The notes under the pieces: model-generated
What the model was told of the DNA's origin: nothing
Seen by the model: the letters and a program-made list of their open reading frames with translations, nothing else
The model's database searches: none
Translations under genes and position numbers: made by a program
Shown: positions 19,691 through 29,916 of the stretch, one piece after another
Layout: each line of letters begins with the position of its first letter
Position numbering within the stretch: the stretch's first letter is position 1
NCBI GenBank assembly: GCA_964491115.1
Contig: CAZBEW010000003.1
Location: 23,026-87,025 of the forward strand
Source of the DNA: an uncultured Pseudomonadales bacterium
Lineage (GTDB): Bacteria; Patescibacteriota; Microgenomatia; UBA1400; PJMF01
Reading direction: 5' to 3'
Length of the DNA: 64,000 nucleotides

Positions 19691-20821
19691 ATGAAAAAGA
19701 CGATTGGGATTTTTAGCACTAAACAAGGTCATCAAAGCATTGCCGAAGCAATTAAAGAGAAAATTGAACGAGCAGCTAATGATCGTTATCAGGTAAAAAT
19801 TTTTTACACAAAATTGCTATTAGAACAGCCATACAACTTTTTTTATCGCTTTGCCCCCTCGAGTTTTAAATTTCCCTACAATTTATCCGTCAAAATAGTG
19901 GAAAAAGACGCTGAGCTAAAGAAATTAATTTTTTATCACTTTTTTCAAACAACTTATAGATCTAGTTTGCAGTTTACAAAAAAAAATGAAATTGATTTAG
20001 CAATTAGTTGCTATTTCCCTTTTAGCCCTACTTTAGAAAAAATCCAAAATAAAATGGGTATCCCTTATCTCAACATTATTACCGACCCACGCACCATTCA
20101 CCCTTGGCAAATTTCAACTCAAGCACAAAGTAATTTCTTTTTTGATCAGACTGCTATTGCTAATTTTCACAAGCAGTGCCAAGCAGCTGTTTCTGGCTGG
20201 TTTGTGAGTGATAAATATGAAAAAAACTATGATAAGGAAAAAGTCAAACAAGAGCTAAAAATTAAAGAAGATTTGGTTTTTTTAATTGTTTCTGGTTCAG
20301 ATGGCTCAGAGGCAATTCTGAAAATTTTACCAAGCCTAATTAATTGTCAAAAACCATTAAGAGTTTTTGTGGCCTGCGGAAAAAATCAGGCTCTTTACAA
20401 GAATGTTTTGGGTGTCAAAAAAAGTTTAACTTTATTTGGTCAATCAAAAGCAGTAATTACTCCCCTAGGTTTTACTCAAGATATGCATCTCTATATGCAA
20501 GCAGCAGATTTAATTATTGGCAAAGCAGGACCAAATACCCTATTTGAAAGCGTTGCGACTTTAACTCCTTTCTTTGCTATTACCCACATGGTTCAAGAAG
20601 AGGGCAATTTAGACATTATTAAAGAAAAACACTTGGGTTATGTAGAAGAAAAAGCTGAAATAGCCAACGACAAACTTTTAAAAATCATCAATCGTCCCGA
20701 GCAGCTTAAAGTATTTCAAAAATCTTTAATAGATTTAAAAAAATATAATCAACAGTCGGGAAAAATCTTAATCAGAAAAATTGATCAAATTTTTCAAGAA
20801 CAACAAGCAAAGATAATTTAG
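19691..20821 (+). CDS. Glycosyltransferase, GT28 MGDG-synthase/UgtP-like
   Basis: N-terminal 'IGIFSTKQGHQSIAEAI' and C-terminal 'IIGKAGPNTLFES' resemble the MGDG-synthase family. Confidence 0.4.
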   Translation: MKKTIGIFSTKQGHQSIAEAIKEKIERAANDRYQVKIFYTKLLLEQPYNFFYRFAPSSFKFPYNLSVKIVEKDAELKKLIFYHFFQTTYRSSLQFTKKNEIDLAISCYFPFSPTLEKIQNKMGIPYLNIITDPRTIHPWQISTQAQSNFFFDQTAIANFHKQCQAAVSGWFVSDKYEKNYDKEKVKQELKIKEDLVFLIVSGSDGSEAILKILPSLINCQKPLRVFVACGKNQALYKNVLGVKKSLTLFGQSKAVITPLGFTQDMHLYMQAADLIIGKAGPNTLFESVATLTPFFAITHMVQEEGNLDIIKEKHLGYVEEKAEIANDKLLKIINRPEQLKVFQKSLIDLKKYNQQSGKILIRKIDQIFQEQQAKII

Positions 20822-20876
20822 GGAAAAAAGAAAAATTAGCTAAAAGAAAAATTATCCAGAAATGCCAAAATTTTGC

Positions 20877-22709
20877 TTATGCCTGCTTGATTTCTTTTAA
20901 TTCTTGCAAAGTGGTGGCTTGTTGCCAATTTTTATCACGACGAATCTTGATTAAACGAGGAAAACGCAGTGCCACTTTGGCCGTATGGCTAGGAGATTGA
21001 GAAATTTCATCAGCCGCTATTTCTAAGACAATATTTGGTTCAAGCCAAACATCAGCTTTTAATTCTTTTTTAAAATCATATTGATGATTAGCTTGATTCT
21101 GCTTGCTTAAATGTTGATCAGCTAATTTTTTAATTTCTTGAAACTGAGCGTCAGTTAAACCGGTGCCTATTTTGGATAAAGTCTTAATTTTGCCACTTTT
21201 TTGATCAAAAACACCAACCAATAAAGCTCCAATCCCAAAATTCTGTCGTTTGCCTTTACCTAAATAATAACCAAGCATGATGCAATCAAGAGTGTCGTTT
21301 AATTTACCCCGTTGACCCTCTGCCTCCTTAATCTTCACCCAGCGCCAACCCTTGCGACCAGCAAGATAAAGCGAATCAGGCTTTTTCATCACTGCCCCCT
21401 CTAAACCAAGAGCTAATTGCTGATGATGATAATCGGTTAACACCTGTGCATCGCTTATTTCTTGGAAAAGGGTTTTTTTTATCACTGGTGAATCAGTAAT
21501 TACTTGCTTTAATATTTTTTTTCGATCCAACAATTTTTCTTCGATTAATGCCTGACCATCAACATAAAGCAGATCAAAAGCATAAAAACAAATCGGCGTT
21601 TCTTGCGCTTTGAGCGCTATTTGATATTTGCGTTTTCTAGAAATAGTTTCTTGAAAAGCGACAAATTTGCCAGAATCAGGATCAAAACCAATGGCTTCAG
21701 TATCAAAAACTGCTGTTTGAGCTGAACATTGAGCTAAGACCAAATCTAATTCTGGAAACATGGCCGACACTTCTTCTAAATTGCGCGTATAAGCCTTGTA
21801 AAAACTACCGTCTGGGAAACCCTTTTTATTAATATGAATTTGAATACGTAAGCCATCATATTTTGGTTCGGCAATGACTCTGCCCATTTTTTCAATAATT
21901 TCTTGACCACTATTCAGTCGCTGACACAAAGCCGGCATTACAGGAATACCTAATTCCATGTGATATAGCTTGCTCAATTCTTCTATCTTGATATTTTCCT
22001 TAAATAAATACAATTGAGCTAATAAACCAAAATCAGCCTTTTTTTGAAAAGCTTCTTCTAGAATTGTTGCTTGACTTTTATCTCCAGTTTTCGCCCAAGA
22101 CAAGGCATCGAGCATCGTCATTGTTGAAAAACCTAAACGCATTTTTCCTAAAATAATTCGTGAAATATATTTGGCTGATAAAGCATTGACCTGCCCCAAT
22201 AAATCAGCCAGTAAATTAATTTTTTTATCTTGAGAGCCTTCACCGCCAACCCTAGCCAGGGCAATTAGTTGCTGATGAACTTGCCCAATGCTTAATTCAT
22301 TTTTCGCCGTCGAAGACGCTGGCAAATCGCCAACCACTTGATAGAACAAGTCGCCTAAATCGCCTAAATCTTTATATCGCTTATTTAATTTATCTATGGT
22401 TAGATCTTGATTAGCATCTTCAAACAAACTTTGCTCGGCAGACAACTGGCTTTGTTCGAGAGGTCCTTCGTGACGAATATAAAAATTCGCTAAAGCACGA
22501 ATCAACATTTTACTTGACAACTGAAATTCTAAACTTTGATAGCTAGCCATCAAACTTCCCTGCAATAAATAGCTCGCGGGAACAATTTCTTCTCGATTTA
22601 ATTCTTGGAATAGTTGAGCTAACAACTCAGTCATCGCTAAACGAGAATTAAGTTTTTCTAAATCAGCTAAATATTGGGCAAAATGATTAAAAAACATATA
22701 TTCCTTCAA
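20877..22709 (-). CDS. ATP-dependent DNA ligase (Lig-I-like, with DNA-binding, adenylation and OB domains)
   Basis: Motif I 'AEPKYDGLRIQIH' (adenylated Lys); length 610 aa. Confidence 0.85.
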   Translation of the reverse strand: MKEYMFFNHFAQYLADLEKLNSRLAMTELLAQLFQELNREEIVPASYLLQGSLMASYQSLEFQLSSKMLIRALANFYIRHEGPLEQSQLSAEQSLFEDANQDLTIDKLNKRYKDLGDLGDLFYQVVGDLPASSTAKNELSIGQVHQQLIALARVGGEGSQDKKINLLADLLGQVNALSAKYISRIILGKMRLGFSTMTMLDALSWAKTGDKSQATILEEAFQKKADFGLLAQLYLFKENIKIEELSKLYHMELGIPVMPALCQRLNSGQEIIEKMGRVIAEPKYDGLRIQIHINKKGFPDGSFYKAYTRNLEEVSAMFPELDLVLAQCSAQTAVFDTEAIGFDPDSGKFVAFQETISRKRKYQIALKAQETPICFYAFDLLYVDGQALIEEKLLDRKKILKQVITDSPVIKKTLFQEISDAQVLTDYHHQQLALGLEGAVMKKPDSLYLAGRKGWRWVKIKEAEGQRGKLNDTLDCIMLGYYLGKGKRQNFGIGALLVGVFDQKSGKIKTLSKIGTGLTDAQFQEIKKLADQHLSKQNQANHQYDFKKELKADVWLEPNIVLEIAADEISQSPSHTAKVALRFPRLIKIRRDKNWQQATTLQELKEIKQA

Positions 22710-22754
22710 AGCATATTATGCCAAAATAAGTAGAAAAACCAAGCCAAAACTAAA

Positions 22755-23867
22755 TTAATCAAGACTGTAAGAAACTCCTTTAGTCACACCGTGTTTCTTA
22801 ACTACTCCTTTAACAATTAGGTCTTTGAGATCTCGCAAAATTGTGTCAACAGAGACATTGGGCAACATCTTCTGCGCATCATCAGAAGTCATGCTGCCTT
22901 GATTTTGCAATAATTCTAATAAAATAATCTGCCGCTCAGATAAAGCTACTTGTTGGCCCAACTCGCGTTTCAGTTTCAAATCTTGAGATAATTTGGCGAC
23001 TTTAGCTTTAACTTTATCAATTTCCAAGGCCAAACCATAGGTAAAATATTCTAGCCAATAAGTTAAATCTTGTTTAGGATTTTGTTGAACAGACAGTAAG
23101 GCTTGATAGTAGGCATCAACATCATTGTCAAAATACTCTTCAAGAGAGAAAAAACGCTTAAAATCATAGCCTGCCTCATAAAGGGCTAAGGTTGCAAAAG
23201 CACGGGCTGTTCGACCATTGCCCTCAACGTATGGATGAATATACACCAATTGATAATGGAGGATGGCCGCTCGAAGAATGGGGTGAAGATTTTGACTCTC
23301 CTCACTTTTTACCCAAGAAAACAAGTCATCTAATAAAAAAGGAATTTCAGCTGCCACCGGTGGGCGAAACACCACCTGACCATCTCTGGCCCCACGCACG
23401 ATTACTTGTTTAGTGCGCAATGTAGCAACCTGTTCGTCTTCCAACAACATGTTCATGGTCAAACGATGTAATAAATTCAAAGTTTCAACATTAATTAAAG
23501 AGGATTCTGCCACTTGCTCTGTTTTAAGCAATGGCTGCTGATCAATCCAAGCCAAGACATTACGATAATTAATTACCTCTTGAATATCTCTTTCTCTGGC
23601 AATTAGTCCTGTTTGTTCTAACACGGCCTGCGCATCATTGGTTTTTTCTAAAGATAGCACTTGCCCTGCTTGTTCAGCACTCAGATCATTACCCTCAATT
23701 TTAGTACCATAATGAACACTGCGAACTAGAGCCTCGTCACGAAATTTAGCTTCCCAAGCTGGAACTAATGGCGAATTGTCGATAATAGCTTTTGCTGACT
23801 CAATAGCGGAGATATAAGTTAAAAGATTATTGCTAATTTGGAAATGAGGTTGGTACATTAAAGTCAT
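22755..23867 (-). CDS. Fic family protein (AMPylator-type) with C-terminal winged-helix
   Basis: Fic motif 'HPYVEGNGRTARAF'; start moved to internal Met (MTLMYQP...) because the first 62 codons of the track ORF are low-complexity Cys/Phe/Leu read-through. Confidence 0.75.
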   Translation of the reverse strand: MTLMYQPHFQISNNLLTYISAIESAKAIIDNSPLVPAWEAKFRDEALVRSVHYGTKIEGNDLSAEQAGQVLSLEKTNDAQAVLEQTGLIARERDIQEVINYRNVLAWIDQQPLLKTEQVAESSLINVETLNLLHRLTMNMLLEDEQVATLRTKQVIVRGARDGQVVFRPPVAAEIPFLLDDLFSWVKSEESQNLHPILRAAILHYQLVYIHPYVEGNGRTARAFATLALYEAGYDFKRFFSLEEYFDNDVDAYYQALLSVQQNPKQDLTYWLEYFTYGLALEIDKVKAKVAKLSQDLKLKRELGQQVALSERQIILLELLQNQGSMTSDDAQKMLPNVSVDTILRDLKDLIVKGVVKKHGVTKGVSYSLD

Positions 23868-24002
23868 ATTTTGGCACAGTTTGATAGCTAAAACAAGAGT
23901 TATTTTTGCAAACCGTGCGATTTTAAGCAAAATAAAAATAGAAAAAATTGACAAGCATTTAAAAAGACAACAACATGCAAAAAAACATAGTAAAATAAAA
24001 AG

Positions 24003-24893
24003 GTGTCTAAAGATCAAGAACAAACAGCGCCAACTCAGCAAATAATTGAACAAAGTTTCCGCGATTTAAAAATTGCTGAAAAAGACTCTCATAAAGGCCA
24101 AAATGGAAAGTTATTAATCATTGGTGGCTCACAGCTTTTTCATGCGGCCAGCAAATGGAGTTTAGATATAGCCAGCAAAATAGTTGATATGGTCTTTTAC
24201 AGCTCAGTGCCCAGCAATAATTGTTTAATCAGCATGTGGCAAAAGGGAGAGCTTGATCAGCAACTCAATCAAGAGGCGAAGAAAAATTTTTGGCAAGGCA
24301 TAGTTATCAGCCGCAATCAGATTAAAAACTACATAGAAGAAGCTGACTGTGTTTTGTTAGGCCCAGGCATGGAAAGAGGAGCTTATACCGCTCGTTTAAG
24401 CAATCGTTTATTAAAAAAATATCCAGAAAAAAAATGGGTGATTGATGCGGGCGCCTTGCAAATGCTTAATCCAAATTTGCTAAACGCCAATTGTGTAATT
24501 ACCCCGCACCAAAGAGAACTTGAAGTTCTGAGAAAAAAAGACCCACGCTTTAGTCCAGAAAACTATCAAGCTTTGCCCATCTGTTTGCTCAAGGGACCAG
24601 AAGATCAAATTTTCTTTGGTCAAGATTTTAAGCAACTTGCTCTACCCAAGTCGATTTTACTCAAAGGCGGTAATGCTGGTATGACCAAAGGAGGAACGGG
24701 AGATGTCTTAGCTGGACTACTGGCGGCCTTGTATTGCAAAAATTCAGCTGTAGTTAGCACTGTGATTGCTAGTTATATCAATAAAAAAACTGGTGATTAT
24801 CTTTTTGACAGTGTTGGTCCACACTTCAATGCCAGCGATTTGGTTAATAATATTCCTAAAATATTGTGGCAAGTTAAGAAAAACATAACTTGA
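24003..24893 (+). CDS. ADP-dependent NAD(P)H-hydrate dehydratase (YjeF C-terminal / carbohydrate kinase fold)
   Basis: 'GQNGKLLIIGGSQLFHAA', 'LLGPGM', 'GGTGDVLAGLLAAL'. Confidence 0.65.
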   Translation: MSKDQEQTAPTQQIIEQSFRDLKIAEKDSHKGQNGKLLIIGGSQLFHAASKWSLDIASKIVDMVFYSSVPSNNCLISMWQKGELDQQLNQEAKKNFWQGIVISRNQIKNYIEEADCVLLGPGMERGAYTARLSNRLLKKYPEKKWVIDAGALQMLNPNLLNANCVITPHQRELEVLRKKDPRFSPENYQALPICLLKGPEDQIFFGQDFKQLALPKSILLKGGNAGMTKGGTGDVLAGLLAALYCKNSAVVSTVIASYINKKTGDYLFDSVGPHFNASDLVNNIPKILWQVKKNIT

Positions 24894-24990
24894 AAAGTTG
24901 ACAAAAAAGATTAGAATATCCAAGTCTGTTTAAGACAAAAGCAAGGTAAAAGTAAATTTTTTAGATTTAATTTAAATAGAACAATCAATT

Positions 24991-25326
24991 ATGCGTAATA
25001 AAGAGCATTTGCCAAAACCAGCTGGTGAAGAAGGCGATTTTTTAACCAATGAGTTAGCAAAAAATAAATTTAGAGATTATTCCCTTGAGGAAATTATAAA
25101 AATCGAGGCTGATCCTGATCATTATTATGACCCTGATTTACAGATGATTAGAGAGTGTCTTGAAGCGCTGAAAATATCAATTGGACTATGCAATACGTTT
25201 ATCGGTGGAGAAATAGTTAAAACTAATAAGGCACACGCTAAATATCTCACGAAGATCTTAAAGCAACATCGCTGGTTTAACGAATTACTAAATGAAAACA
25301 AATCTCGCTTTAATAAGCCTAGATAA
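24991..25326 (+). CDS. Hypothetical protein
   Basis: ORF only. Confidence 0.3.
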   Translation: MRNKEHLPKPAGEEGDFLTNELAKNKFRDYSLEEIIKIEADPDHYYDPDLQMIRECLEALKISIGLCNTFIGGEIVKTNKAHAKYLTKILKQHRWFNELLNENKSRFNKPR

Positions 25327-25365
25327 CGAAGCAAATAAACAAAATAAATACATTTTTAAATATTT

Positions 25366-26508
25366 TTAATTTAGTTTGATTAGCTGACAATGTTTAATAG
25401 TTTTTCTTAATTCTTTTGCCAAATCGTCATCAGCCGTCGTCAAAACCACCTGATAGTTTTCCAGAAGACTTAACACCATAGCCTTACTATCTTGATCCAG
25501 TTCAGACATAATATCGTCCAAAAGTAAAATTGGTTGATAATTAATTCGACTATGTAAAAATTGCAGTTCCGCAATTTTTAACCAGAGCACTCCCAAGCGT
25601 TGCTGACCCCTTGATCCATAAGCCAATAAACTCAAATCTTCAATCTTTTTTTTAGGCAAAGAAAATTTAACTAAAAAATCATCTTTGTGCGGACCAATTA
25701 AGCTATGTCCAACAAGAATTTCCTTATTTAAATATTTGTTTAAGCGAGCCTCATTAATTAGAGAAGGCAAATACTCGATATTTAATTCAAAGGGGAAAAT
25801 TACTTCACGAATAAAATCGATAAAATTACTACGTTCTCTTTGTAAAAATTCTCCATGTTTAATCAGATTTAAATTCCAAAAAGACAGAATATTTGCTGCT
25901 TCTTCGCCATCTCGCACTTTTTGCAACAAGAGGTTGCGTCGTTTGAGAATCTGTTCATATTGTTGCAGCGAGCGCTGGTATTCCCAATCCAACATCGATA
26001 AAGTTTGATTTAAAAAAAGGCGGCGGCGGTAGGGGCTGCCCTCAATTAGTCTTAAATCTTCGGGGCGAAAAACCACCACCGACAAATTTTTTAAAAAATC
26101 GGCACGCCGCCGCCGCACATCATTGACACTAAATAAACGATATTGGCTTTTTTTACCAGCCACCACACCTCTGGTTAGCATTATTTCCAATTTTAATTCT
26201 TCTGGAGACTTGGCTTTATTATTTAATACATCTACAGCGCTTAAACTTGGCTTAGAAAGAGAAACAGAATTTTCTGGTGTTTCCACCTCAAACAAAGCTT
26301 GCACTCTACTCAATTCAGATTCTAAACGAATCATTTCTTCAACTCGACCCGCTCGAAAACTGTCGCCGCTTGCTAATAAATTTAATGCCTCAATAATTGA
26401 AGTTTTACCACTCCCATTTTGACCAAGAAAAATCGTCGTCCGAGCAAAATCCCAATGCTGATTGCTAAAATTTCGAAAATTTTGTAATGCTAACTTGCGC
26501 AAAAACAT
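25366..26508 (-). CDS. recF: DNA replication and repair protein RecF
   Basis: 'LALQNFRNF', Walker A 'GQNGSGKTSIIEAL', 'LLLDDIMSELD'. Confidence 0.85.
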   Translation of the reverse strand: MFLRKLALQNFRNFSNQHWDFARTTIFLGQNGSGKTSIIEALNLLASGDSFRAGRVEEMIRLESELSRVQALFEVETPENSVSLSKPSLSAVDVLNNKAKSPEELKLEIMLTRGVVAGKKSQYRLFSVNDVRRRRADFLKNLSVVVFRPEDLRLIEGSPYRRRLFLNQTLSMLDWEYQRSLQQYEQILKRRNLLLQKVRDGEEAANILSFWNLNLIKHGEFLQRERSNFIDFIREVIFPFELNIEYLPSLINEARLNKYLNKEILVGHSLIGPHKDDFLVKFSLPKKKIEDLSLLAYGSRGQQRLGVLWLKIAELQFLHSRINYQPILLLDDIMSELDQDSKAMVLSLLENYQVVLTTADDDLAKELRKTIKHCQLIKLN

Positions 26509-26528
26509 ATTCTTAAAATATTCTACAA

Positions 26529-26837
26529 CTAATTGCGAAAGGCTCGTTTAAAACGCCAATACAAATAAAACAATAATATCTGCCACAATAAAAAGAAAAA
26601 GAAAAAAGACCTATAAATCAATCTAAAAATTAATGAGCCGTCATAAAATAAGCCTAACAACCACCAAGCAAACAAAAGATAAAAAATAATGGCTAAAAAA
26701 GTTGGCAAGAACATTAAAGGAATGAAAACCCGATCTCGAACTAAATTTTGCATGCTTTGATATGGGTGCACAAACAAACCAAAAATAATTTGTCCTAATG
26801 AATAAAAAAATGAGTTAATGACTGAAATTTTATCCAT
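26529..26837 (-). CDS. Small polytopic membrane protein
   Basis: ORF plus hydropathy. Confidence 0.3.
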   Translation of the reverse strand: MDKISVINSFFYSLGQIIFGLFVHPYQSMQNLVRDRVFIPLMFLPTFLAIIFYLLFAWWLLGLFYDGSLIFRLIYRSFFFFFLLWQILLFYLYWRFKRAFRN

Positions 26838-27039
26838 TGCTTCCTTGATAAAAAAAACATTCCCACAAAACTGAAATAAAAAAAGCCAAAAGCATTAGTA
26901 TTTGCCAGGGATGAGAAGCCACCAGATTAGCCAAAGTGCTCAAGCGATCGGGTACAAATTTTTCTTTTTTGAGAGCACTTATTACTTTTGCTTCAGCTTT
27001 TAATTTTTCTAAAAATTCCCGCTGTTTGTTTTTTAACAT
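26830..27039 (-). CDS. Small single-TM protein immediately downstream of the ECF sigma (possible anti-sigma)
   Basis: 69 aa, charged N-terminus followed by one TM; position only. Confidence 0.3.
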   Translation of the reverse strand: MLKNKQREFLEKLKAEAKVISALKKEKFVPDRLSTLANLVASHPWQILMLLAFFISVLWECFFYQGSNG

Positions 27040-27051
27040 TTTTACTCTTAA

Positions 27052-27612
27052 TTAAGTATTTTGATCAATATCAGCCCACAATAAGCGAAATTCTTTCCTG
27101 GCTCTAAATAATTCTGATTCAATGGCTTTTTCTGTTCGCCCCCATTCCTTAGCTAATTCTTTAATTTTCTTTTCATCTACATATTTTTTTATTAATAATT
27201 CTCTTGATTGGCTAGTCATTTTCTTTAAAACTAACTTCACCATCTCTGCCGTTTCATGAGCGTCTTTGTATTCATGATCTAATAAAAACTCAGACAAGGG
27301 AATGATTTGAATGAACTTTTTTGCATAACGCTTGCGGTAAAAATCATTGATTTCATGACGCAAAATGCTTTGCATGTAAGTTAGTAGTGAACTATCTCCC
27401 TTAAACAGGGTGATACTGCGCAAACAATTAATAAAAGTTTCTTGAGTAATTTCTTCAGCTATTGATGGGCTGGGTAATTTTTGCAGGGCTAATTTATATA
27501 GCTTTTGATAATAATTTTTAAACCAATATTCAATTGCCAGCTCATGGCCATTTTTGATGGCTTCAACTAAAATTTGCTCGTTTGTAAATCCAACAAAACG
27601 TTTCATAATCAA
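27052..27612 (-). CDS. ECF-type sigma-70 family RNA polymerase sigma factor
   Basis: Region-2-like 'AEEITQETFINCLRSITLFKGDSSLLTYMQSILRHEINDFYRK'; region-4 HTH 'IKELAKEWGRTEKAIESELFRARKEF'. Confidence 0.6.
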   Translation of the reverse strand: MIMKRFVGFTNEQILVEAIKNGHELAIEYWFKNYYQKLYKLALQKLPSPSIAEEITQETFINCLRSITLFKGDSSLLTYMQSILRHEINDFYRKRYAKKFIQIIPLSEFLLDHEYKDAHETAEMVKLVLKKMTSQSRELLIKKYVDEKKIKELAKEWGRTEKAIESELFRARKEFRLLWADIDQNT

Positions 27613-27647
27613 ACTACCCTATCATATCAGAAAATTTTATTTTATAA

Positions 27648-28103
27648 TTGTTGTTGATGAAAAAGAAATTAAGGTCCTTCTTTCTAATTTTATTATTTCT
27701 CATCTCACATTTTTTAAGTTTAAAAACTTTAAATGTCAACTTTTTACCTCAAGTTAATGCACAAAGTCAAAGTCCGAGCCCAAGTCCAGGTGACGAAGAA
27801 GTAGAAATTGATTTAGGAAGTTATTTAAAATTAAGTGGTGGCCAAAAAGTCAGTGATGTTTTTCAAAAACCTAGCGATATGCTTAATTTAGTTATAAAAG
27901 TGGTTTTTGTTGTAGTTGGTTTACTTCTTTTTGCAATGGTGGTCATTGCTGGTTTGTCAATGATTGCTTCAGGCACAACTGATAGTAAAGATAAGGCTAA
28001 AGGCACGATGACTTCAGCTTTAATGGGGTTTATCGTTATTTTTGCTGCCTATTGGATTATGCAAATTATTCAAGTTCTAACTGGAACAGATATTGGCTTT
28101 TAA
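27648..28103 (+). CDS. VirB2/TrbC-like T4SS pilin family protein (paralog 1 of 7)
   Basis: Signal peptide, then two hydrophobic helices flanking a short 'SG.TDSKDKAKG' loop. Confidence 0.55.
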   Translation: MLLMKKKLRSFFLILLFLISHFLSLKTLNVNFLPQVNAQSQSPSPSPGDEEVEIDLGSYLKLSGGQKVSDVFQKPSDMLNLVIKVVFVVVGLLLFAMVVIAGLSMIASGTTDSKDKAKGTMTSALMGFIVIFAAYWIMQIIQVLTGTDIGF

Positions 28104-28132
28104 AAAGGAGCTTAGTATAATGAGGGTTTGAA

Positions 28133-28573
28133 ATGAAAAAAAATATCTTAATTTTACTCATAACAATTTTTTCTTTATTCCTAATTACAAACAAACCTGT
28201 TCTGGCCCAGAGCCCAGCGCCAATTGTGAGCGAAGATCCTTTTGGGGCTATCGAAGCTCCTCCGGGAGTGGACAAGTTTAATCAACAAGCTGGAGCAAGC
28301 GGCATTGGTCTTATTATTTTTTTCTCCAACTTAATTAAATTTCTCGCTGTTATTGCTGGTTTATGGACAATGTTAAACTTTATTTCTGCTGGTTTTACGT
28401 ATATCACCTCATCTGATTCAGGATCTATCAGTAAAATTGGTACAAAACTAACGCTAAGCGTAGTTGGCTTGGCCATAATTGTCGCTTCTTACACCATAGC
28501 AGCCGTTCTTGGATTAATACTCTTTGGAGATGCTACTTTTATTATCAATCCAAAAATACCAAGTCCTATTTAA
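28133..28573 (+). CDS. VirB2/TrbC-like pilin (paralog 2)
   Basis: Signal peptide 'ILLITIFSLFLITNKPVLAQ'; two TM hairpin around 'ISAGFTYITSSDSGSISKIGTKL'. Confidence 0.55.
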   Translation: MKKNILILLITIFSLFLITNKPVLAQSPAPIVSEDPFGAIEAPPGVDKFNQQAGASGIGLIIFFSNLIKFLAVIAGLWTMLNFISAGFTYITSSDSGSISKIGTKLTLSVVGLAIIVASYTIAAVLGLILFGDATFIINPKIPSPI

Positions 28574-28592
28574 TTAATAATAATTAACAATT

Positions 28593-29030
28593 ATGACAAA
28601 AATCACCAAACTCATAGCTGACGTAGATATTGGCTCCATCCAACCTGTTACTGATGTGCGTCAACCCGCAAATTTGCAAGAAACCACAGTTTTATCTACT
28701 CTGGAAACCTGGATCAGCGACATTATTGGCGTGATCACCATTTTAGCCACCTTATTCTTTATTGTTTATGCCTTTGTAGCTGCCTTTAATTGGATTACAG
28801 CTGCGGGAGATAAAAGTAAAATTGAACAAGCTAGAAATCGTTTGGTAATGAGCACGCTTGGCTTAATTCTCATTGTCGCTACCCATGCGATTATTGGTTT
28901 AATCGGAGGCATCATTGGTTTAGAACTATTAAACCCAGGAAACATGATTCGACAAATTCTTCCAAACGCAGGTTCGCTAACACCAACCATAATGCCGCCA
29001 GTAATTACAATTTCGCCAGCTCCTTTTTAA
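28593..29030 (+). CDS. VirB2/TrbC-like pilin (paralog 3)
   Basis: 'NWITAAGDKSKIEQARNRLVMSTLGLILIV' motif between two TM segments. Confidence 0.6.
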   Translation: MTKITKLIADVDIGSIQPVTDVRQPANLQETTVLSTLETWISDIIGVITILATLFFIVYAFVAAFNWITAAGDKSKIEQARNRLVMSTLGLILIVATHAIIGLIGGIIGLELLNPGNMIRQILPNAGSLTPTIMPPVITISPAPF

Positions 29031-29039
29031 TAAAAAATT

Positions 29040-29474
29040 ATGAAAAAAAATAAACAATTAACCTTGAGCCAAAAACTAATTGCCAGCTTTAATTTGTTTC
29101 TAATTAGTTTTTTTTACAGCGCAAAATCCGTTTCTGCTCAAATTACTAATCCTGTGACAGGCAATTTGGGAGTTAGCGATCCAGACGCTCCAAGTGGTAG
29201 TAGATTTATTCAATATGTTGTTTATTTGTGGCGAGCTTCTGTTACCCTCGGCGCTTTAGCAGTCATCGTTTTTTTTCTACTAGGAGCTTTTACTTGGATT
29301 ACTGCTGGAGGAGATAAAAACAAAATTGAACAAGCCCGCAATCAAATTATGAACTCTATTGTTGGCTTGGTATTATTAGTTAGCTCTTTTGTTTTACTTA
29401 GTTTTCTAAGTAAATTATTATTTGCTGGAGAATTTGATATATTTCAATTAAGTCTTCCAGGAACAAACAATTAG
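29040..29474 (+). CDS. VirB2/TrbC-like pilin (paralog 4)
   Basis: 'TWITAGGDKNKIEQARNQIMNSIVGLVLLV'. Confidence 0.6.
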   Translation: MKKNKQLTLSQKLIASFNLFLISFFYSAKSVSAQITNPVTGNLGVSDPDAPSGSRFIQYVVYLWRASVTLGALAVIVFFLLGAFTWITAGGDKNKIEQARNQIMNSIVGLVLLVSSFVLLSFLSKLLFAGEFDIFQLSLPGTNN

Positions 29475-29492
29475 CGTTAAAAAGCAAAAAAT

Positions 29493-29852
29493 ATGAATAA
29501 ACTTATACTTACAGCACAAGCCAGTGAAGGAACCGTTCTAAATATAGCTGAAGAAGCTCAAAGACAAGGTCTACTCGGTGCCGAAAACGCCAATACTGAA
29601 GATGGGGGTTTTGGTCTTTGGCTCAGCAATCTTTTGAAAGTAGCCATGACTCTTGGGGCCGTGGTTTGTTTAGCCTTTATCATCTTGGGAGCGGTTCAAT
29701 GGATTACTTCAGGTGGCGATAAAAGCAAAATTGAAGAAGCACGTAATAAAATTACTAATGCTGTTATTGGTCTGATTGTTTTAGCAGCCACTATGGCTCT
29801 TTTTAATCTGGTGGCTAGTTTTCTTGGTATTGATGTAATAAGAATCATCTAG
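29493..29852 (+). CDS. VirB2/TrbC-like pilin (paralog 5)
   Basis: 'QWITSGGDKSKIEEARNKITNAVIGLIVLAA'. Confidence 0.6.
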   Translation: MNKLILTAQASEGTVLNIAEEAQRQGLLGAENANTEDGGFGLWLSNLLKVAMTLGAVVCLAFIILGAVQWITSGGDKSKIEEARNKITNAVIGLIVLAATMALFNLVASFLGIDVIRII

Positions 29853-29857
29853 ATTTT

Positions 29858-29903
29858 TTTGCTAAATACTAATAAACTTGATATAATAAAAGTAGAAAAG
29901 TAT
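29858..29903 (+). promoter_or_regulatory. Candidate promoter (TTGCTA ... TATAAT) and AAAGGAG ribosome-binding site for pilin paralog 6
   Basis: TATAAT at about 29883-29888; TTGCTA 19 nt upstream (spacing slightly long); AAAGGAG at 29897-29903. Confidence 0.25.
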
Positions 29904-29916
29904 AAAAGGAGAAATT

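Noticed and set aside
22755-24053. Full-length track ORF for the Fic gene starting at 24053
   Set aside because: First 62 codons are Cys/Phe/Leu low-complexity with no homology and overlap the divergent promoter region; an internal Met at 23867 gives a normal Fic N-terminus.
24898-24917. TTGACA ... TAGAAT promoter-like hexamers upstream of 24991 ORF
   Set aside because: Spacer only 8 nt, incompatible with a sigma-70 promoter.
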